Position numbers and translations under genes: made by a program
NCBI GenBank assembly: GCA_044355085.1
Contig: JBIKYU010000003.1
Span: forward strand, 1 to 56,559
Origin: Rickettsiales bacterium
GTDB lineage: Bacteria; Pseudomonadota; Alphaproteobacteria; Rickettsiales; JBIKYU01
Reading direction: 5' to 3'
DNA length: 56,559 bases
Part shown: in pieces, positions 37,713 through 46,249 of the stretch
Layout of the letters: the number at the start of each line of letters is the position of its first letter
Position numbering within the stretch: the stretch's first letter is position 1
The notes under the pieces: model-generated
Database searches by the model: none
What the model saw: the letters and a program-made list of their open reading frames with translations, nothing else
What the model was told of the DNA's origin: nothing

Positions 37713-39979
37713 TGCCGGCTTTTAAAGGGAATCAAAAAGAGTCTGCTCGCAATTCCAATTCAGGATTTGGCAAAGGCCTGTTGAGATTAATCTTACGGCT
37801 AGCAATGGTTTTAGTTGCACTAATGACCGTTAGCTTCTGCTCGTTTATTGTCTCGCGGCCTGGTCCCATCTGTATTTTAAGTACTCAAGGCAATAGCGGC
37901 GACACAAATCCATTCAACCAGACAAGAACAGAACGTCTAGATCGCGTCACCATAAATGCCAATAGCAGTAATTGGCTTGACACTGGAATTATATTGAAAA
38001 AAAATGTGCCATTTTCTGTCAGAGCAACTGGCCAAATTGACCTTTGTAAAACGCCAGGAGACGGAATTGAGGTCACTCCGCAACCAAAAAATCCTGATTG
38101 GCATTCGCTGCTAAGTACGCCCCTTCCTGCTAATGCAACATTGGGCATCCGTCTTGAGGGGGGACCTTTTTGTTGGGTCCCAGATTGTAGCAATGACAAA
38201 AAATTCGAAAATGGCCGCCATCTTTATCTGCGAATTGATCCAACAGCATTACTTCCTAACACAGATCTTGACGAAGATGGAAGGCCCAGACAAGACTACA
38301 CCGATACCTTCTTCGAAGCACTACCGCCGCCGCCAGATACAAGACCAACAATTATTGGCGATGATCGGGCATATCTTTATTATGGCATTCCAGGCAAAGA
38401 AGCAAACTATCTCTATGCCCGTTATTTTGACTACAATAGGCGAGATTACTACGCTGACAATGCTGGTGGCTATGATCTTCGCTTACACACCTCATGCCCA
38501 GGAAATAATGGCATGTATTTAGAAGCACGTATCGTCGATGAAAATACCGATCCGATAAATCCCACTCTTGATGCATTCTCAATCATCAATATTTCTAACG
38601 GGATTTTTAATAGTAACACCAATAAATTTGAAGCTAACACACCGCGCAGCGGCAGGCTGCAATTCCGCATTGCTGATGATGATCCATCAATTTCTTGGAA
38701 TGTAAGAATCAACAATGTCTACCCAATTGTGCTGCGTTACGGCGATAACAATCGAGATAACAATACTGGCTCCTACACCTTAGAGATAAAGTCTCTTTCC
38801 AGCTCAGGAACAATTGGAACTTTTGTCAGTCGCAACATCATAAATCCACTGCGAGAATTTTTAATTACTAACAAAGAGGGCTTAAACCCAAGCGATTCCT
38901 ATGTTGCAAGCTTTTTCACCAATGTTGCATCCGACCCAATTTTTCAAAATGCGGTTAAGACTGCTTTAGTACTTGCTGTTGTTCTTTACGCTTTATCTTA
39001 TGTGATTGGCGTTAGTGGCCGCTCGGTTAATGATTTTATTATTTTCATTCTCCGCGCTGGGCTTGTTCTTCAACTTCTCCAACCGCAGAGCTGGGAATTT
39101 TTCTATGATCATTTCTTTTCTCTTTTTATAGAAGGAACGGATGCGCTCATAGAGCTAACTACCAGCCAAGCCTATATGGTTATTAATAATCAAAGTACTA
39201 TTCCCACTCTGAATACGCGTATAAATGCAGGTGAATTTTTTGATTTCATTACTCTGACCATCAATAATTTTTTCAACAAAGACAGTCTGCTAAAAGTAAG
39301 TTCGCTGATTTTTCTTGGTCCAGGACCGCTCGGACCTCTGTATGTAATTGCTATTGTTTCCTGTATGTGCTGGTTTGTTGCCTTAGTCGGACGCGCACTT
39401 TTCCTATATATCGGCGCATTAATTGGCGCATCAATATTACTGCTGATGATGGCGCCTTTATTTATTGTGTTTGTTCTCTTCACCCGTACAAGGAGCATCT
39501 TCACAAACTGGATTTACGCACTCGCGATGTTTACAGCGCAACCAGTTTTGCTCATCATGATATTTGCTGCGTTTAATGTTTTCTTTTATGCAACTTTATT
39601 AAACATGCTGAATTTCCACGCATGCTGGGGCTGCGCCTTTGAGCTCGATATTCAGCTTTTCAAATTTTGCATCATAAAATGGTATTCTCCGTGGGGTTAC
39701 GATACAAATTTCGACGCCGCTACAAAATTACTTAAAGCACCAGTAAATATTTATTCCGTACTAACTTTATTCATCGTCACGTTTTTTATGACTAAAGCAC
39801 TCGACTGGATTGAGCAATTCTCTGGCAATATTTTCTCAACTGCGGCAGTTGGTAGATTTGGCTCTTCAGCGGTATTATCAGAAGCTGCTAAAACGGCCTC
39901 AGATCTTGGTAAAAATGCTACTCAGTCTACTGGTGATGTTCTCGGCGCAGTTTTTGGTGGAGGAAAAAAGAAAAAATAA
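37709..39979 (+). CDS. virB6: VirB6-like protein, paralog 3 (subfamily B) with about 400-aa N-terminal extension
   Basis: ATGA overlap with paralog 2. SWEFFYDHFF motif and block MAPLFIVFVLFTRTRSIFTNWI. The N-terminal domain carries ..DN.GGY.. motifs. Confidence 0.8.
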   Translation: MMPAFKGNQKESARNSNSGFGKGLLRLILRLAMVLVALMTVSFCSFIVSRPGPICILSTQGNSGDTNPFNQTRTERLDRVTINANSSNWLDTGIILKKNVPFSVRATGQIDLCKTPGDGIEVTPQPKNPDWHSLLSTPLPANATLGIRLEGGPFCWVPDCSNDKKFENGRHLYLRIDPTALLPNTDLDEDGRPRQDYTDTFFEALPPPPDTRPTIIGDDRAYLYYGIPGKEANYLYARYFDYNRRDYYADNAGGYDLRLHTSCPGNNGMYLEARIVDENTDPINPTLDAFSIINISNGIFNSNTNKFEANTPRSGRLQFRIADDDPSISWNVRINNVYPIVLRYGDNNRDNNTGSYTLEIKSLSSSGTIGTFVSRNIINPLREFLITNKEGLNPSDSYVASFFTNVASDPIFQNAVKTALVLAVVLYALSYVIGVSGRSVNDFIIFILRAGLVLQLLQPQSWEFFYDHFFSLFIEGTDALIELTTSQAYMVINNQSTIPTLNTRINAGEFFDFITLTINNFFNKDSLLKVSSLIFLGPGPLGPLYVIAIVSCMCWFVALVGRALFLYIGALIGASILLLMMAPLFIVFVLFTRTRSIFTNWIYALAMFTAQPVLLIMIFAAFNVFFYATLLNMLNFHACWGCAFELDIQLFKFCIIKWYSPWGYDTNFDAATKLLKAPVNIYSVLTLFIVTFFMTKALDWIEQFSGNIFSTAAVGRFGSSAVLSEAAKTASDLGKNATQSTGDVLGAVFGGGKKKK

Positions 39980-42387
39980 TGCTTACTCCTGCGCACCATT
40001 TCACAAAAACAAAAAAACCGCCGATGCTTGCGCGTCTTGCGGCGTTTTGTTTGCTGCCGCTTATGCTTGCAGCCTGCGATGGACCTTGCTTTCAGCCTGA
40101 AGATCTTCTGAGTTACGACTATGACAGCATCGCGCTAAGAGTTGCAGAAACGCCTTTAAAATCAGGCGGGTGGGTTGTGTTAGAAGGAGTGAGTCTGCGC
40201 AAAAACCAGGTCATTGAACTAAGCACTTCTGGCACTGTTGATCTCTGCCCCAACATTAATTCGTACGCAAAAACTTTGCCTGCCGATGCTGGCGGCGAAC
40301 GAGATTGCAACCCTCTCCCTTGTACCTCAGAAGACACAGCGGGTGTCTGGCAAAATACAGGCTACAATGCTGTTGCAGGAGAAATGCTAAATATCAGTGT
40401 CTCTGGGCAATTCAGCGAATTTGGTTCGCCAGGAGGTAGATGCTTAACAACATATTGGAATGGTGATGGTGATTGCTATTCTCGCGGAGGACGCGGCGCT
40501 TTCTTCTACATTGGCAAATATAATGACCCTCCAAAAAACGGCGATTGGCAAGATCCCGTTGAAAATGGGCGCGTCGATGAAACAGATGGTCGCATGGATC
40601 CATATATCCGCGAGCTTTATAACTACTCAACAGGCGCATCTGGATATCGCGGCCCCGCTGCAAGAAGCGGCCCAATCTATATTATTTATGCTGAAAACCG
40701 TGACAATTGGGATGAGATAAATGCGGCTAGTGACTCACCAGGAGACATTTTCTGGGGTAATTACTACAACAACAAAGATGGTTATTCTTTCAGCTTCTCA
40801 AGCGGCTGTTTGAAAAGCAATGGGCAGTTTTTGGTCGCATGTTTTGGTGAAAGTGCAACGAATTGCGAACCTGTATCAGTAACAGGCAATAACGGCGTTT
40901 GGCGTGGCGGCGCTCCGCGTGCAGGAAAAGTATTTTTAAAAATTATGGATAATGTTGGCGATGTCACCAGCGATGGCCGCATCGATGGCGACGGAGACTA
41001 CGCCAATAATCTTGGAAAATACTATGTAAACAGCCGATCTGGCGTTGAGCCTCCTGGATTTTTATCTGAAGGCATTGCTATCATTATCAATAAATTACGC
41101 GGGCGCTTCTTAACTGGTTATGACGGCACACAAACTGGTGTCAATATACAAGAACTCGGCGGCAGCGGCACAGCCATGGATAGCCTAGCTTCAAAAGGCT
41201 TCAAAAATATTAGCCAGGCTGGAAGTTTGCTAAGTAACATTGTTCGCTCCGCTTTAGTGCTCTATGTCATACTCTACGCTATTGCGTATGTGATGGGATC
41301 GATCAAAGACCCAATTGAAGATTTCATGGTACGATTACTAAAATTTTCTCTGGTGGTGCAGCTACTCGCGCCAGATAGCTGGGGATTTTTCTACGATCAT
41401 TTCTTTGTGATGTTCACAGAAGGCGGCTACGAATTAATGTCGCAAGTTACTAATTCTCTCTATTCAAGCATTACTGGTCAGGCATCATCTGCGACCAACC
41501 CATTCCGTTTCATCGACTCCATTATTTTAATTTTCGCGAGCGATGCTTTTTGGTTCAAGGTGTTTGGCTTGTTATTTACTGCGATTCCTCTCGGTTTTAT
41601 CTATGTGAATATTTTAGCAGCGATTTTTTGGTATTATTTCCGCGCGCTTTTCGAATGTATCTGTCTCTACATAATCAGCATGGTGGCACTGGCGCTACTT
41701 ATTACTGTTGCACCGTTATTTATTTCTCTGTGGCTGTTTAATTATACAAAAGGCTTTTTTCCGAAATGGGTAAGCCTGCTGATAAACTACACAATACAGC
41801 CGCTTTTCCTGATAACTGGCCTGGCAATATTTAATACATTTTTCTTAGCCAGCCTTTATCATTTTTTCACTTCTTTCGGCGCCTGCTGGCAATGTGTTGG
41901 CTATCTTAATTTCGGTACGCTTGATTTAGGCCCACTAGGTTCAATCAATTTTGAATTTTGCTTCTGGTCTTGGGTCGTTGCTTGGAGCCCTGATAGTGGC
42001 TATGGCAGCGCCTACAGCGATGCTCCAGCTAATTTTATGTTGCTTGCGGAACTGTGCTTATTCACCTATGCGCTGCTAAAAGTAAGCGACTGGATGGTGC
42101 GTCTTGCAGGTCATATTAGTGGAAACATAGCTGTTGCAGAAAGCAGTTTTACTAATGCAAAAGATCTTGGTAATTCCGTTTATCAAAATACAAAAACCAT
42201 GGGCAATGTGATGGCCAATACTGCGGCTGCAGCTAAAACTACAGCTGGAGCCATTTTGAATCCCGCAGGTACCGCCCAAAAAGGCGTTGCTGCAGTAAAC
42301 GAAAAAGCAGGCAAATTCCGTGAAGGTATAAAGGCAGCTACAAAAGGCAATGAAGGTACTTCAGGTGATGGTGGCAAAACAAAATAA
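39979..42387 (+). CDS. virB6: VirB6-like protein, paralog 4 (subfamily B) with lipobox and about 400-aa N-terminal extension
   Basis: LMLAAC-DG lipobox (Cys codon 40075..40077), SWGFFYDHFF motif and block VAPLFISLWLFNYTKGFFPKWV. An alternative start is ATG 40024. Confidence 0.8.
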   Translation: MLTPAHHFTKTKKPPMLARLAAFCLLPLMLAACDGPCFQPEDLLSYDYDSIALRVAETPLKSGGWVVLEGVSLRKNQVIELSTSGTVDLCPNINSYAKTLPADAGGERDCNPLPCTSEDTAGVWQNTGYNAVAGEMLNISVSGQFSEFGSPGGRCLTTYWNGDGDCYSRGGRGAFFYIGKYNDPPKNGDWQDPVENGRVDETDGRMDPYIRELYNYSTGASGYRGPAARSGPIYIIYAENRDNWDEINAASDSPGDIFWGNYYNNKDGYSFSFSSGCLKSNGQFLVACFGESATNCEPVSVTGNNGVWRGGAPRAGKVFLKIMDNVGDVTSDGRIDGDGDYANNLGKYYVNSRSGVEPPGFLSEGIAIIINKLRGRFLTGYDGTQTGVNIQELGGSGTAMDSLASKGFKNISQAGSLLSNIVRSALVLYVILYAIAYVMGSIKDPIEDFMVRLLKFSLVVQLLAPDSWGFFYDHFFVMFTEGGYELMSQVTNSLYSSITGQASSATNPFRFIDSIILIFASDAFWFKVFGLLFTAIPLGFIYVNILAAIFWYYFRALFECICLYIISMVALALLITVAPLFISLWLFNYTKGFFPKWVSLLINYTIQPLFLITGLAIFNTFFLASLYHFFTSFGACWQCVGYLNFGTLDLGPLGSINFEFCFWSWVVAWSPDSGYGSAYSDAPANFMLLAELCLFTYALLKVSDWMVRLAGHISGNIAVAESSFTNAKDLGNSVYQNTKTMGNVMANTAAAAKTTAGAILNPAGTAQKGVAAVNEKAGKFREGIKAATKGNEGTSGDGGKTK

Positions 42388-42407
42388 GAAATAGATAGAT
42401 AAAATTT

Positions 42408-44960
42408 ATGCGCAGATTAAAACTATCATTGATTTTCCTCTTGCTGCCGCTGCTGCTCTCAGCCTGCGACGACCCTAATCCGCGCTGTATTGAAGCAGAT
42501 GATTGGGGCTATCCAAAAGTCTATGTTCCTGCACGTCCAGACCATATAAACGGAGCTGAAAACCGTCAATTCGTTGATTGGATTGACTCTGGTCAAGTTA
42601 TTCTCAATGCCACAAACAATCATCTTATCACGCGGGTAAATCGTGCAAAAACTTTCGTCAATACTGATGGCACAATCACAAAAGATCGCTTCATTTGCGG
42701 AAAAGATGAAGAAAGCCAGCCTGAAGAATGTGCGCGTCCAGATCGTTGGACCTCATGGTTTAACGGCAACAAAGATTTTGTTCCGATAAAACATTTCTGT
42801 CGTTACTCCTCTGGATCTACAAGCACAACGACCAGCACTGCAGGAATTGTAAGTGATGACCCTGCCCCAAGCATTATCAAAGTACGTGCGGATTTAAACA
42901 GCTCCGACTTACAAACCTACTGCTCACAAGGCAGTTCAAGGCCACATTCAACTCCTGATTCAATGCTTGATTGCCGCGCTCCATGTTGGCTGAAAGACGG
43001 CTATGGCCTTTATCTTCTTCACACACAAACCGATACTAACAGCGGCAATACAAGGCATCTAGGCGACACCGATAACGACGGATATTTAACGCGCGAGCTT
43101 CCCAAGTCGCTTGGTATGCAAACAGGCGAGCGTCTCTATTTCAAAATTCTTGACCGTTACTATACCGATAATGCGGGCGGATATACTGTCCATTTAGTGG
43201 AAGGCACGCGCAGCCCAAATCGTGGACCGCTTGAAACAGTCGCCGATATTTTCATTACGCCAACCTTGGTGTTAATGCGCCGCCTTTACGAAGGTCTCAT
43301 TGCTGACAACGCCTTCTTTCTCGCCGCTCGCACTGCTTTAGTTTTGTATGTTGCCTTGCTTGGTTTTCTCTATGTAACTGGTACCGCAATGCGTAACTAT
43401 GGCGATCTTGTTATGGCCACATTGCGCTTTGGTGTGGTTGCTGCGGTGTTATTTACTGAAAATAGTTGGCAGTTTTTCTACGATCATTTCTTCGTCGTAT
43501 TTTTAGATGGAACAATTCAGCTCGCTGGATCTTTTGCTAACCCAAGCGGCGTCTTTGATCCAAACAATCCTTGGTTTTCCCTTGATTCCTTACTGCTGAT
43601 GTTTTTTGCCAAGGAAACACACATAAAAATTGCCTCGCTGCTTTTCACGCATTTCTTTTTCTTGGGCGCAGTCTACATAATCATTTTTTATGTCATCATG
43701 GGAATGTTCGCAATTGCCCTGGCGAAGGCTCTTTCCCTAATTTTGCAGGCATATTTTATTTCAGTCTTACTAATCGGGCTTGCGCCTTTATTCCTTGTCT
43801 TCATCCTTTTTAGTAAAACGCGTGAAATTTTTTCAGAATGGCTGCAGCAGCTCATAGCCTTTAGCATTCAACAGATTCTAGTTTTTGCTGCAATTGGCTT
43901 ATTCGCCGAACTAATAATCAGCCAACTTGAGCGCACATTGGGGTACCGCGTTTGCTGGCGCACAATGTTCAATATTTTTTCTTCTCTTGATTTTTCTGTT
44001 ATCCAACTACCTTCTCTTTTGGATGTAAAATTCTGGATGCCATCTCCTTCCGATGTTCGTGGCGCAATTTTTATCGACACAGATCATAACGGCGTCAAAG
44101 AATTATTAACCAATCGCTATCTTGATCTGCCATATTTTGATCCAACCACTGATGCTGATGCAATCAAGCGCTACTTAGCTGGAACTGCGTTTCTTACTGC
44201 TACTTTTATCAGCTTGGTTGACATGCTAGTTTTCATGTTCTCAACTTTCATTTTCATCAAATTTCTTGATATCATGCCATATATTGCTGATAGCTTGAAA
44301 GGCTCTGGTGGCAGCCGTTTCCAATCGAGCAGCCTATTAATTGTTCCAAGTGGTGGAAACAATCTAGGCAAGGGCATAAGCGGATCATTGTGGGAGCAAA
44401 CCGCTAATACGCTGCTTGGAGAAAAACAAGACAGTAAAAGCCTTGATGGGTTTAAGAACGATGCTACTGGAGTTGGTAAAGCTTTCTACGATTTCACAGG
44501 TCGCGATGGTGGTTTAATAGGCAACTTGTTCCGCTCACCATTTGATGTTGCTAATAAAATTCGGAAAGTTGGCGATGAGAAAAACGAAGAAGATAAACAA
44601 ACAGAAATTCGCGAACGCATGGAGAAATTCTTTGCTCAACGCAAAGATGCCGAAGAGAAAGAAAAAAATGCCAATCTTCAACGCCAAGAACAATCAGAAG
44701 CCGCAGACATAGACAAAAAAGAAGACAAAAAAGAAGACAAACCAAAACGAGACGAAAATGCTCTGCGTAGCTTGAAATCCAATGAATATCATGCACTTGG
44801 TATGGCTAACGATCAAAACCTTGCCAATGATCAAAGTCGTCTAGCTCAAGTGGTGAATAACTTAGATAGTTTAATTAAAGAAATGGAAAACGCTGGCGCA
44901 ACTAATGTTGAGCTTAGAAATTTAATTGATGCAAAAAATAAACTTGAGTCTGGACAATAG
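42408..44960 (+). CDS. virB6: VirB6-like protein, paralog 5 (subfamily B) with lipobox, N-terminal extension and charged C-terminal tail
   Basis: LLLSAC-DD lipobox (Cys codon 42465..42467), SWQFFYDHFF motif and block LAPLFLVFILFSKTREIFSEWL. The last roughly 150 aa are K/E/D/Q-rich. Confidence 0.8.
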   Translation: MRRLKLSLIFLLLPLLLSACDDPNPRCIEADDWGYPKVYVPARPDHINGAENRQFVDWIDSGQVILNATNNHLITRVNRAKTFVNTDGTITKDRFICGKDEESQPEECARPDRWTSWFNGNKDFVPIKHFCRYSSGSTSTTTSTAGIVSDDPAPSIIKVRADLNSSDLQTYCSQGSSRPHSTPDSMLDCRAPCWLKDGYGLYLLHTQTDTNSGNTRHLGDTDNDGYLTRELPKSLGMQTGERLYFKILDRYYTDNAGGYTVHLVEGTRSPNRGPLETVADIFITPTLVLMRRLYEGLIADNAFFLAARTALVLYVALLGFLYVTGTAMRNYGDLVMATLRFGVVAAVLFTENSWQFFYDHFFVVFLDGTIQLAGSFANPSGVFDPNNPWFSLDSLLLMFFAKETHIKIASLLFTHFFFLGAVYIIIFYVIMGMFAIALAKALSLILQAYFISVLLIGLAPLFLVFILFSKTREIFSEWLQQLIAFSIQQILVFAAIGLFAELIISQLERTLGYRVCWRTMFNIFSSLDFSVIQLPSLLDVKFWMPSPSDVRGAIFIDTDHNGVKELLTNRYLDLPYFDPTTDADAIKRYLAGTAFLTATFISLVDMLVFMFSTFIFIKFLDIMPYIADSLKGSGGSRFQSSSLLIVPSGGNNLGKGISGSLWEQTANTLLGEKQDSKSLDGFKNDATGVGKAFYDFTGRDGGLIGNLFRSPFDVANKIRKVGDEKNEEDKQTEIRERMEKFFAQRKDAEEKEKNANLQRQEQSEAADIDKKEDKKEDKPKRDENALRSLKSNEYHALGMANDQNLANDQSRLAQVVNNLDSLIKEMENAGATNVELRNLIDAKNKLESGQ

Positions 44961-45007
44961 TAACTTTGACTGCAAAAACATTTTGCAAAAATAAATCGGA
45001 GCTTCTT

Positions 45008-45181
45008 ATGAAAATATTCCGCCTGATAATCACCGCGTCTTGCTTGATGTTTGTCACCTCAGCCTGTTCGTCCGACGATGAAAAAAAAGAACTAAAAAGC
45101 CCTTGCGTTTCCGCCCCATCGCAAAGCTCGCAAACACCTTGTTCTCCGCGCATTCGCGTCAATGATCATTGGATGAGCTAA
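45008..45181 (+). CDS. Small lipoprotein (57 aa); VirB7-like in size and architecture only (speculative)
   Basis: MKIFRLIITASCLMFVTSAC-SS lipobox. GGAG lies 7 nt upstream of the ATG at 45008. Two further Cys residues are present. The C-terminus reads RIRVNDHW. Confidence 0.55.
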   Translation: MKIFRLIITASCLMFVTSACSSDDEKKELKSPCVSAPSQSSQTPCSPRIRVNDHWMS

Positions 45182-45182
45182 G

Positions 45183-45917
45183 ATGAAATCTGCTAAAAAG
45201 CGCGGCTTATCTTTGGTAGAGCTTTCAATAGTTATTGCCATTACTGGCATGATGATTGCCGCAACCGTAGGCGGAGCGCAATTATTTGAAACCGCAAAAA
45301 TCCGTCGTATTGCCCTGAGTTTCCAACAATATCAAACCGCAATTAACCAATTCCGTGAAACTTACGGCTATCTCCCTGGCGATTTTCCTACCGCAAGCGC
45401 GGTTTGGAACGGCGATGGCAACGGCGACGGTGACACTTTAGTTGAATATTCAACCAGCGCCAGCGGCTCACCGCAGGAAGATCTCCTGCTTTGGCTGCAT
45501 CTACAACATGCGAAAAAAATTGCTGGAAGCTATAGCGGAACCAATGCCAGCGGCAGTATACGTTATGCCGCTGACAGCAATGCTCCAAGCTCAGAAGTTT
45601 TTTCTGAAGCAGTATATAGCGTCTATACTGAAACAGGCGCAATTTCTGATATTTACGACACTACAGGCATGCTAATTCGCTTAGGCGCACTCGATGAAAA
45701 TGGCTATCCGTTTTCTGGATTTCTTACCGCAAAACAAGCCTATAGCGTCGATAAAAAAATTGATGACGGCGAAGCAGATGGCGGATTTGTGTATGGAGTG
45801 CGCGGCAATGGCGGCAGCACTTGTACTAACAACGCAGCCAGCAGCAGCAGCGGCAGCTATTCTCTCAGCAGCACTGAAAAAGATTGCGATATTATTTTTT
45901 GGCTGAAAAAATTTTAA
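45183..45917 (+). CDS. Type IV pilin / pseudopilin-like protein (prepilin-type N-terminal cleavage/methylation domain)
   Basis: MKSAKKRG-LSLVELSIVIAITGMMIAAT gives the G-1 and E+5 class III signal. The C-terminal Cys pair (STC...22 aa...KDC) resembles a pilin D-region. The ATG is 1 nt after the preceding stop. Confidence 0.75.
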   Translation: MKSAKKRGLSLVELSIVIAITGMMIAATVGGAQLFETAKIRRIALSFQQYQTAINQFRETYGYLPGDFPTASAVWNGDGNGDGDTLVEYSTSASGSPQEDLLLWLHLQHAKKIAGSYSGTNASGSIRYAADSNAPSSEVFSEAVYSVYTETGAISDIYDTTGMLIRLGALDENGYPFSGFLTAKQAYSVDKKIDDGEADGGFVYGVRGNGGSTCTNNAASSSSGSYSLSSTEKDCDIIFWLKKF

Positions 45918-46062
45918 CAACACGTAGGATCTTAAGCATCTTCATACCCTATAAGGGCAGTTACAAAACCTACATGTCATTGTCAAAAAAAACCTGTAGA
46001 TTATTATTCATTCTAAGAAATTAAATGAAACCAAGCTCAATAATACCATTTCATATTTTTAA

Positions 46063-46184
46063 TCATGACAAGGAGCTGCAAGTTTTTTTTAGCGGATTGT
46101 ATTACAAAGTACATGAGTACTAAAAAACGGAGCGGTTCTGATATCAGGATAAAAACATGGAATTGTATGAATTCAAACAGCAGG
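46063..46184. repeat. Copy 2 of the intergenic element shared with 21881..21998
   Basis: See copy 1. It lies about 65 nt upstream of the ATG at 46250. Confidence 0.75.
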
Positions 46185-46249
46185 TCGTTTAGTAAGACGC
46201 ATTAAATTGATTTAAAAACTGAACCGCTCAATCGCTAAATTAAGGTTTT

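Noticed and set aside
30592-45917. Possibility that the virB cluster is part of a conjugative plasmid, ICE or genomic island
   Set aside because: No relaxase, coupling protein, integrase, tRNA target, flanking direct repeats or transposase is present. Composition looks like the rest of the window, and housekeeping genes (dxs on one side, ispA/tlyA further on) flank it. A chromosomal rvh-type effector-secretion islet fits better.
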